NCBI GenBank assembly: GCA_035385485.1
Contig: DAOOKC010000001.1
Coordinates: 8,385 to 72,384 of the forward strand
Length of the DNA: 64,000 nucleotides
Source of the DNA: Exilispira sp.
Lineage (GTDB): Bacteria; Spirochaetota; JAAYUW01
Direction: 5' to 3'
The translations under genes and the position numbers were made by a program. The stretch's first letter is position 1. Each line of letters opens with the position of its first letter. Below, piece by piece: positions 8,740 through 17,162 of this stretch. The notes under the pieces are model-generated. The model saw only the letters and a program-made list of their open reading frames with translations. It had not been told where the DNA came from and ran no database searches.

Positions 8740-10962
8740 TTAATTTTCAGAAATAAGATCCTGAATCAGAAGTGTAAGAGTGATATTTTGTAAAAAAATT
8801 GGTTCAAAAATAATTGCATTAATAGTATTTAGCTTAATATCATTCAAAAATTGTTTACTTTTAAAAAATATAGCATCAAAAGAAACAGTATCCTGAAAAA
8901 CTTTTAATTTGATTGAATTGTTATTTCTACCAATATAAGAAGGATTAGCTAAATAAATATTTTTTGAACAAAAAAGTGGTACTTTAAATTCTTCTCCAAA
9001 GGGTTGAAGTAATTTATACCATTTCTCGAATTCTGGATCTATAAGATCATCAAAGGTAACTTCATAAGTATATTCAAGAGAAAACTGAGTTTCAATATTT
9101 TCATTTATATTTGAAATTAAGTTATTTATAGTTTTTAAAAAAGTTTCATATCTATCTTTTATTACAGTGAAACCAGCAGCAAAATGATGACCACCAAAAT
9201 TTTCAAAAAATTCAGATAATTGACTTAAAAAACTGAATGAATTGAAAGAATTTTTAGATCTCATTGAACCAAAAATTCCGCTGCTTGTTTTAGTAATAAA
9301 AATAACAGGTTTGGAAGTAAGGTTAACAAATCTTGCAGATAATAGTCCCGTCAAACCAGGTTCAATTCCTTCTTTCTCAATTATGATTACTGGTTTATTG
9401 TTGTTAGACAATTTTATGCTGTTAAATATTTCGTCTACCATCATAGTTCTTTTGATATTATAATCATTTATTTCTTGAAGACTCAATAAAGAGCTTTCGT
9501 CATTATTACTTAAAAAAAAGTTCAGCAGTACTTCCCCTTTCCCAAATCTTCCAGGGGAATTTAAAAGTGGTGATATTTTCCATATTATATCATAGCTATT
9601 TATAGGATAATTAATGTTTATTGAATTAGAAATAATTTTATTCATAAAATCAGGTTTTGATTCATTTAGTATTTCTAAGCCTTTTGAAATTATATATCTA
9701 TTTTCATTAATAGATGGCATGATATCCGCTATGGTGGCAATAGAAACATATGGGAGATAACTTTCTATTTCTGAAATACATTTAGGATAATTATAGCGTA
9801 TTGTAGAATAAAGCATAAAATATAAATAATCTATTTTCTTAATATAATAAGGTTTATATGTTTGCAATATGCTTAAAAATTTATAGTCATTATTTACTAG
9901 TTTTTCAATTGATTTAATTTCATTAATATCAATGTTAATTTTTAAAATTTTTAATAGAGATTTGAAAAGGTTTATATTTTTTGCAATCAATATACCATCT
10001 TTTTCTTTTTTTTGATTAAAAATATCAATAAAGAAGTTAATAGCTTCATCTTTTGTAAAAATTTTACCTATTGAAAATGTTAAAGATTTAGTAGAAGAAT
10101 TAAAATTAAGAAATTCATCAATTTCATAATCTTCAATATTCATAGATAAAGACTTTTCTTCAATTATTTTAAATTTATAAGTTATAAAATAGGTTATATT
10201 AATGATATAATTTTTTTTTGAATCTTTTTTTGAAAAAGTTATAAGTTCTAAATCAAAAAAATATAAATGCTGATTATATATTTTAGTTTGTGAAAAAATT
10301 AAAGCTTCTATAATTTTCCAAGCTACACCACTTCCAGATAAGCATAATGGATATGGATAGTTTTCTAATTTTGGGTTTAAAATAGCATCAGCGGGTGGTA
10401 TTTTATCCTGTGGATTATGGTGATCTGTTATTATTACATCTATTCCTTTATTTTTAGCATATTCGACTTCTTTATAACTTGAAATTCCATTATCTACTGT
10501 AATTATTAGTTTAGCACCTTTTTCAATTGCCTTATCTATTTTTAAAGTAGTTATTCCATATGGTTCGTCATTTTCAGGAATAGAATATAAAATATTTTTA
10601 ATTCCATATTTTTTAAGAGCATCATATAGTATCTTAATTCCAACAATACCATCTACATCAGAATCTCCAAAAATAAAGATGGTATAATTTAACTTTTTGG
10701 CATCTTGAATTAGTTTTATCGCAATATCTATATCTTTAAATAAGAAAGGTGGATGCAAAAAGTAGATGGAAGGATTTAAAAAATTAATTATCTTTTCTTC
10801 GCTATCTATTCCATTATCTAATAAATGTTTTGCAAAGTATTCTGGCATAGAAAATCTCTGGCTTATTGATTCAACCTGTTTGTAAAAGTTTTCACCCTTA
10901 TCGATATTCTTTTCTATCCATTTTATATTTTGTAGTGATACTAAAGGTAAATTTTTATCCAT
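8740..10962 (-). CDS. recJ: Single-stranded-DNA-specific exonuclease RecJ
   Basis: Has the DHH motifs (IFGDSDVDGIVG, VIITDHHNP) and a DHHA1 motif (GGHHFAAG). Length is 740 aa. Confidence 0.85.
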   Translation of the reverse strand: MDKNLPLVSLQNIKWIEKNIDKGENFYKQVESISQRFSMPEYFAKHLLDNGIDSEEKIINFLNPSIYFLHPPFLFKDIDIAIKLIQDAKKLNYTIFIFGDSDVDGIVGIKILYDALKKYGIKNILYSIPENDEPYGITTLKIDKAIEKGAKLIITVDNGISSYKEVEYAKNKGIDVIITDHHNPQDKIPPADAILNPKLENYPYPLCLSGSGVAWKIIEALIFSQTKIYNQHLYFFDLELITFSKKDSKKNYIINITYFITYKFKIIEEKSLSMNIEDYEIDEFLNFNSSTKSLTFSIGKIFTKDEAINFFIDIFNQKKEKDGILIAKNINLFKSLLKILKINIDINEIKSIEKLVNNDYKFLSILQTYKPYYIKKIDYLYFMLYSTIRYNYPKCISEIESYLPYVSIATIADIMPSINENRYIISKGLEILNESKPDFMNKIISNSININYPINSYDIIWKISPLLNSPGRFGKGEVLLNFFLSNNDESSLLSLQEINDYNIKRTMMVDEIFNSIKLSNNNKPVIIIEKEGIEPGLTGLLSARFVNLTSKPVIFITKTSSGIFGSMRSKNSFNSFSFLSQLSEFFENFGGHHFAAGFTVIKDRYETFLKTINNLISNINENIETQFSLEYTYEVTFDDLIDPEFEKWYKLLQPFGEEFKVPLFCSKNIYLANPSYIGRNNNSIKLKVFQDTVSFDAIFFKSKQFLNDIKLNTINAIIFEPIFLQNITLTLLIQDLISEN

Positions 10963-11163
10963 AATTTAATAGCCTAAAATATTTTTTTATTACCTAAAAA
11001 ATTAAAATTAATTTTCAAATATTTATCATGATATACATAAAATTACTTTACACTTATCTAATATTATTTATGCTTATTTTTTTTACTATTATAATAAATA
11101 TTTATTTTGATTTTCAATCAAATTATTTTAAATTTTCTATCTCTACTATAATTTATTAAAAGT

Positions 11164-12492
11164 CTAAATATTATCTATCATTTTTAATATAATCTCTTTT
11201 GGTTCAATTTTTTTATCAGTTAATTTAATCGCATCTTTTAATTTTGAAAAGACTTCCTCAATTGAATTTTCTTTATTAGAATATAAACATAATAATTTAT
11301 GGGAAGGTTTAATTAAATCACCAACCTTTATAAACAATTCAATACCTGCCCCATGATCTATACTATCTTCCTTTTTAAGTCTTCCTGCTCCCAAACTATT
11401 TGCAAATAAACCAAATTGAAAAGCATCAATATCTTCAACATATTTTTGATCAAAATTACCAAAAATATCTTTTGCATAAACTATTTTTTTTATTTTAGCA
11501 ATTGGTAGAATGGAATAATCATCAATTATATCTGGATTTCCTTTCTGTCTTATAATGATCTGCTTGAATTTATTAATGGCTTTTTTAGAATTTATAGAAT
11601 CTAAAACCATTTCTTTGGCCTTTTCAAAACTTAAAGATAATGTTTTACTAATCATTAAGGAAGAAAGATAAATGGTTAATTCAAAAAAGTCTCCATCATA
11701 AATATTTCCTTTTAATAATTCGATACTTTCAATTATTTCAAGAGAGTTACCAATCATTTTACCTATTGGTTGATCCATATTTGTTAAAACAGCACAGGTT
11801 TTTACTCCATTTAAATTCCCAACTTTTATTAAGTATTGCGCAAGATTTTGAGCACTATCTAAGTCTTTCATGAAAGCACCTTTTCCGACTTTTAAGTCAA
11901 TTACTAAATTTTTGGTGCCTTCAGCTATCTTTTTGGACATTATTGATGCAGTAATTAATGGTATAGATTCAACGGTGCATGTGGCATCTCTTAAGGCATA
12001 AAGGTACTTATCTGCTACAGCAATTTCTTTAGTTTGACCAATTAAAGCGACATTTAATTCTTTAACCTGATTTTTATATTCTTCCAGAGTCAAATTAACA
12101 TTAAATCCAGGAATAGATTCAAGTTTATCAAGTGTCCCACCTGTATGACCCAATCCTCTTCCACTCATCATAGGCACAGCAACTCCACAAGAAGAAACAA
12201 TTGGTGCTAAAGGTATAGATATTTTATCTCCAACTCCTCCTGTTGAATGTTTATCGCAAGTAAGCAGATTAAGATTTTCAAATGTTACTTTTATCCCTGA
12301 TTTTACCATATATTCAGTTAAATATGAAGTCTCTTCAAAGTTCATACCTCTAAAAAATATTGTCATTAAAAGAGCTGATACTTGATAATCAGGTATTGAG
12401 TTCGAGTTTATTTGTGAGATAAAGAATTCTATTTCTTCTTTACTAAGAGCGAACCCATCCCTTTTTTTTCTAATAATATCTATGAAAGTCAT
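11164..12492 (-). CDS. pdp: Pyrimidine-nucleoside (thymidine) phosphorylase
   Basis: The N-terminus DIIRKKRDG..LSKEEIEFFI and the DKHSTGGVGDK and SGRGLGHTGGTLDKLE motifs are typical of thymidine/pyrimidine-nucleoside phosphorylases. Confidence 0.85.
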   Translation of the reverse strand: MTFIDIIRKKRDGFALSKEEIEFFISQINSNSIPDYQVSALLMTIFFRGMNFEETSYLTEYMVKSGIKVTFENLNLLTCDKHSTGGVGDKISIPLAPIVSSCGVAVPMMSGRGLGHTGGTLDKLESIPGFNVNLTLEEYKNQVKELNVALIGQTKEIAVADKYLYALRDATCTVESIPLITASIMSKKIAEGTKNLVIDLKVGKGAFMKDLDSAQNLAQYLIKVGNLNGVKTCAVLTNMDQPIGKMIGNSLEIIESIELLKGNIYDGDFFELTIYLSSLMISKTLSLSFEKAKEMVLDSINSKKAINKFKQIIIRQKGNPDIIDDYSILPIAKIKKIVYAKDIFGNFDQKYVEDIDAFQFGLFANSLGAGRLKKEDSIDHGAGIELFIKVGDLIKPSHKLLCLYSNKENSIEEVFSKLKDAIKLTDKKIEPKEIILKMIDNI

Positions 12493-12620
12493 TTAATTCT
12501 CCTGCTCAAAGTTTTAATTATTAAAAAAATATAAATTTTATAAAAACTAAATATACTTAAAAAAAACATAAAAATAAAAAAAATATATATTTTTAATTAA
12601 ACTTGACTGTATATTTTATA

Positions 12621-12648
12621 TTGTTAATTACTTTTTATATTGTATAAT
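12621..12648 (+). promoter_or_regulatory. Candidate sigma-70 promoter for the giant coiled-coil gene (TTGTTA-N16-TATAAT with TG upstream of the -10)
   Basis: A -35-like TTGTTA at 12621-12626 and a -10 TATAAT at 12643-12648 with a 16-nt spacer lie about 70 nt upstream of the ATG at 12720. This was read by eye only. Confidence 0.3.
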
Positions 12649-12719
12649 TCTTATGAAGATATAAATAAAAATTAACTAATTATATTTCAGAAATATTTAT
12701 TGATAAGGATGGATTTGTA

Positions 12720-15700
12720 ATGGGAATATCAATCTTGGCGATAATATTAATTTCGACAGCTATATCTATAATTATTTCTATAATATTTCGTGCCATTGAA
12801 AAATCTAATCAACAACTTTCAAAACTTAAATTATTTGTTGAAAAATCTATAAAAGAATTAGATGCTTTTGTTGTTGAAAAAAAGCAAACAATTAAAGATC
12901 TTACGATAGATATTGATTTTAATATTAAACAAGCCCAATCTCTATCAAGTAAATATGAAAAACAGCATAATGATATAATGTTATTCTTTTCCAAATTTCA
13001 GGAGCAAAAGCAAGAAATTGAACAATTGAAAAAATCGATAAAACTTTTAAGTGATACAAAGGATTCTATCGCGATTGAGATTTCAAAACTTGAGAATTTT
13101 AATAATAAGATTGAACAATTTAAAAAAGAGATGAATTCTATTGAAAATCAATGTAATTCCTTAAGTGATTCTTTGATTTCCAGACAGGAAGCAATGAGAG
13201 AACAGGTTGAAAGTTATTTGCTTGAATTACATGAAAAAGCAAATTCTGTTATTCAGCAAAATGCAAAATTACAATATGAAAAAATTAAAACAATTGAACA
13301 AGAATTAAATAAAAAAGTTGATCAATTAAAAGAAGAATTAAATAATCAGGTATCCCTGACTGTTAAAAATTTTGATAATGTTCTTTCTGGATTTGAAAAA
13401 AATGTTCAGGATAAATTAGATAATTTTATCGATAAATTTGATGAAATACAGGAAAGATTTAAAACTTATGAACAAAATATAAATAGTTTAATTGAAGAAA
13501 ACGAAACAGAATTCGAAAAATCAATCTTAGAAATAATTAAGAATAACGAGTTAAAAATTGATGAGAAGATAAAATCATTGGAATCATTAAGAAATAGTAT
13601 CAATCTTTTAAATATTCAATTAGAAGAAAAAGTTGATTTATTCAACGATACATTAGCTTCAGAATCAGAAAAGATGGTAGAGAAGTTTAATAAGGATTTA
13701 CTTAGTTCTTTTGCTGATAAAACTAAGAAAATCGAAGAATATTTGATTCAAAGTGAAAAACAGTTGGGACAGGTTACTCAAAAAATAGATAATATACAAG
13801 ATTCTGTTGATAAAGTTATTAATTCTAAGGTTGCTGATATCGGTAAATATGTTATTAGACTAGAACAAAGAATAGCAAATTATCAGGAGACAGTTTATAA
13901 AGAGATTGAAAAAAGATTTACCAATCTTGATCTTGATGCAAGATCAATAGTTGAACAGTATAAAAATGAATTAAACATTTATAGTAATGATTCATTGGCT
14001 GATTTCGAACAGCATGTTAAAATGCTAAAAGAAGAATTAGAGGAAATTAATAAGCAACAAAAAGGGTTAAAAGAGGAATATCTTGCAAAATTTCAAGAGA
14101 CTTTGAAAGAAAATGATGAACTAGTTAAAAATATCTTAGAAAATTTGATAAAAGATACTCAAATTAAAATAGAGGAAATTAAAAACAATATTAATAATGA
14201 ATTAGAAAAAGTTAATAAAGAGAGAGAATTAAAAATTGAAGAGATTGAAAAGCAGATCTCATTATTGAAAGGACAATTAAATGAGCATTTTAATAGTACT
14301 CTTTTAGAATATGAAAAAAAACAGGATGAATTGAAGGAAAATATAAAACAATTTGAGCAGGGTATACCAAATTATTTACACGAAATAACCAATAGAATTG
14401 CACAGTTTGAAAGTAAGATTAATAATCTTGTTGAAACAAGAATTTCCGAAATCACACAATCAATAATCAATAAACAGGATAAATATGCAGTAGATTTTGA
14501 AAATATATATAAAGATTTTATTGCAAGAGGAAATAATTTTATTCAAGAGCTAAATTTATATAAGAATAATTTAGTCTCAGAGTTAAAAGAATTTTCCAAG
14601 AAAAAGGAAGAAGTATTTAGTGAACTTAATATAATAAAAGAATATGTTACAGAATCGATGGAAAAATATGATAAAGAAATAGGGGAAAAGGTAAAGAAGA
14701 TAGAGGAAGAAGTTTTAGAAGAAATAGGTAAAATAAGCATAAAAAAAGAAGAGATAGAAAATAACATAAAGGGATTTGAAGAGAAGAAGAAAGAGATAGA
14801 GGAAGAATTAATAAAGGTAAAAGGGAAAGTATTTGAAAGTGCTGAAGTTATAGGTAAAGAAGCTGAAGAAAAGATAATACAACTTGAGAATCAGATATTA
14901 GAGAAGGTAAAAGAAGGGTCAGTTAAATTTGAAAATATTGAAAAAGATATAGAAGAAAGGATAAACAGGATAAAAGAAAAAGTTAATGTAATAGAAAGCA
15001 GAGGGAATGAAGAATTAGAAAAAGCTATAGAAATAGTGGTAAAGAAGATAGAAAAAGAAAAAGAATTTATGCTAACAAAGATACCTGAGTTATATAAGCA
15101 GATAGAAGAATATGATGAAAAATTTGAGCAAGCCCGAAAGAAAGTTGAAGAACTTGATAAAAGATTAGAAGAGAAGGTAAAAGAGATAGAAGTAGGAGCA
15201 AAAGACTTTTTAGTAAATATTAAAACAAATAGTGAAGAAAAGGTAAAAGAGATAGAGACAAGTATAAATGGGATGATAGAGAGGATAAAAGGACTTGAAG
15301 TAAGTTTAGAGAATAGGTATTTAGAGAACAGTAAAAAATATGATATATTCTGTGAAAAATTTAAGGAAGAATCTGAAAGCAAGCTTAAACAATCTTTTGA
15401 AAATCTGTTAAAAGAGTTTTCAGAGCAAAGAGAAAAAATATTAGATCAGGTTAATAGTTTTTCATTAAATTTGAATCAGGAAACTGAAAGAATAGCTAAA
15501 ATAAATACTGAAAAGATTCAGAACCTTTTTAATTCTTCATATCAAAATTTATCTTCAAAATTGAATGAACTAGAAAATGCCATTAATAAAAATGAATCTT
15601 TAATTAGTCAACTTGAAAAGAAAAATCAAGAAATTAATAATGAGATGGCGAATTATTATAATGAATATAAGGAGGAAATTTATAAAAGGAAGGAAGAGAT

Positions 15701-17162
15701 AATAATCGATGTTGATAAATATGAAAAAGAGTTAGAACAGACAAAAATGGAGTATATAAAATATATTGACGATATTAATAAAAAAATTGAGGAAAGAACA
15801 TCTGAATTACAGAAAAATTTCGAAAAACAGGTTAAAGATTTACTTGATGAACTTGAGAAAAAATATATTGACACTGCAATTGAAAATCTAACTAATATAA
15901 ATGAAAGATATAAAGAATTAAACGAAAAAAAAGATGAATTTAATGAAATGATTAAAAATCTTCAAAATATTGTTGATACTAAAGTGACAAAAATTTTAAT
16001 AGAAAAAGAACGAGATATAAATGAAATAATTAATAGTTCAAAAGAAAATTTAAAAAATTCTATAAAAGATGTTCTTTCATCTAAAGATATTTTGTTAGAA
16101 AATTTTAAAAATGATTTATCTAGCATGAAAAATAAATCTGAAGAACTTTTTACCTCAATTGAAGATGAAATAAATGAAAAATTTAGCAATATAGAAAATA
16201 AATTTAGAATTTTCAATGATGAATTTTCTAGACTAGAAAATAAGAACAACTATCTAATTCAAATTAAAGAGGAAATAAACAAAATAGATGAGTTATTAAA
16301 AAATTATAGAGAACAGATTGAAATAGTTAATTCAAAGCAAAAAGAAACAGAAGAGTTTTTAAAAAATTTTGATGGAATAGATAAAGATCTGGAAGAATAT
16401 TCTAAAAAAATATTTGAACTTAGAAATGAAAGAAAAACCCTCGCCCGACTTGAAGAAACATTTGATAGATTAGTGGTATTATCTGCAAAGGCTGATAATC
16501 AATTTAACAAAGTTCAAAATGATATGGAAGTTATTGAAAATGTAAAAACAAGATTAGTTGAACTTGATCAAATGTTTAAAAAAGTCGTCGAAAAATTCGG
16601 GCTTCTAAAACAATACGACTCTAAACTTACTGATCTTAATGATAATATTATGAAATTAGAAAATGAATTTAAGAGTATGTATGGTGATAGTCAGGAAATA
16701 AAACAGCTTATTGATACAACAAAAAGTGAGACTAGAAATTTGCATGAAAAATTATTAAATCTTGAAAAAGAGATTTTATCAATTGAAAAAGAGTCGAAAA
16801 AATTTGATTCTGTTTTAGAAAAATTCTCTCAGATGGATGGTTTTATACTGGACTTAGAAGAAAGAAACAAACAACTTGAGCAAAAACAAATCTGGCTTAC
16901 CAAGACTGAAGATAGACTTGAAAAATTAAATTCTAGATCTGAAGAATTAATAGAACAACTCGAGCTTTTAATTGAAAAAACAAATGTAATTTTGAAAATG
17001 AAACCAGAGGCAAAAAGAATTCCGACCAATTCTGAAGATAAGAGTGATACAATATTAGAATTATACAGACAGGGTTGGAGTGAGGAAGAGATAGCAAGAG
17101 TTACTAATAAAAGTATAGCAGAGGTAGAATTAACAATTAAATTATATGGACAAAAGAAGTAG
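12720..17162 (+). CDS. Giant (1480 aa) membrane-anchored coiled-coil protein with a C-terminal sigma-70 region-4-like helix-turn-helix
   Basis: An N-terminal TM helix (ISILAIILISTAISIIISIIF) is followed by about 1400 aa of E/K/N/I-rich heptad-like sequence with no Walker motifs. The C-terminus ILELYRQGWSEEEIARVTNKSIAEVELTIKLYG resembles sigma-70 r4 / ECF-type HTHs. Confidence 0.6.
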   Translation: MGISILAIILISTAISIIISIIFRAIEKSNQQLSKLKLFVEKSIKELDAFVVEKKQTIKDLTIDIDFNIKQAQSLSSKYEKQHNDIMLFFSKFQEQKQEIEQLKKSIKLLSDTKDSIAIEISKLENFNNKIEQFKKEMNSIENQCNSLSDSLISRQEAMREQVESYLLELHEKANSVIQQNAKLQYEKIKTIEQELNKKVDQLKEELNNQVSLTVKNFDNVLSGFEKNVQDKLDNFIDKFDEIQERFKTYEQNINSLIEENETEFEKSILEIIKNNELKIDEKIKSLESLRNSINLLNIQLEEKVDLFNDTLASESEKMVEKFNKDLLSSFADKTKKIEEYLIQSEKQLGQVTQKIDNIQDSVDKVINSKVADIGKYVIRLEQRIANYQETVYKEIEKRFTNLDLDARSIVEQYKNELNIYSNDSLADFEQHVKMLKEELEEINKQQKGLKEEYLAKFQETLKENDELVKNILENLIKDTQIKIEEIKNNINNELEKVNKERELKIEEIEKQISLLKGQLNEHFNSTLLEYEKKQDELKENIKQFEQGIPNYLHEITNRIAQFESKINNLVETRISEITQSIINKQDKYAVDFENIYKDFIARGNNFIQELNLYKNNLVSELKEFSKKKEEVFSELNIIKEYVTESMEKYDKEIGEKVKKIEEEVLEEIGKISIKKEEIENNIKGFEEKKKEIEEELIKVKGKVFESAEVIGKEAEEKIIQLENQILEKVKEGSVKFENIEKDIEERINRIKEKVNVIESRGNEELEKAIEIVVKKIEKEKEFMLTKIPELYKQIEEYDEKFEQARKKVEELDKRLEEKVKEIEVGAKDFLVNIKTNSEEKVKEIETSINGMIERIKGLEVSLENRYLENSKKYDIFCEKFKEESESKLKQSFENLLKEFSEQREKILDQVNSFSLNLNQETERIAKINTEKIQNLFNSSYQNLSSKLNELENAINKNESLISQLEKKNQEINNEMANYYNEYKEEIYKRKEEIIIDVDKYEKELEQTKMEYIKYIDDINKKIEERTSELQKNFEKQVKDLLDELEKKYIDTAIENLTNINERYKELNEKKDEFNEMIKNLQNIVDTKVTKILIEKERDINEIINSSKENLKNSIKDVLSSKDILLENFKNDLSSMKNKSEELFTSIEDEINEKFSNIENKFRIFNDEFSRLENKNNYLIQIKEEINKIDELLKNYREQIEIVNSKQKETEEFLKNFDGIDKDLEEYSKKIFELRNERKTLARLEETFDRLVVLSAKADNQFNKVQNDMEVIENVKTRLVELDQMFKKVVEKFGLLKQYDSKLTDLNDNIMKLENEFKSMYGDSQEIKQLIDTTKSETRNLHEKLLNLEKEILSIEKESKKFDSVLEKFSQMDGFILDLEERNKQLEQKQIWLTKTEDRLEKLNSRSEELIEQLELLIEKTNVILKMKPEAKRIPTNSEDKSDTILELYRQGWSEEEIARVTNKSIAEVELTIKLYGQKK

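Noticed and set aside
14543-17029. Several long minus-strand ORFs inside the giant coiled-coil gene (14543-14767, 14891-15382, 15680-15874, 15962-16249, 16829-17029, also 12809-12994), translating to Ser/Phe/Leu-rich low complexity
   Set aside because: They are antisense to a purine-rich (GAA/AAG/AAA) coding strand, which has no stop codons in reverse frames. They have no start context, and the forward-strand gene is continuous with coherent coiled-coil periodicity.
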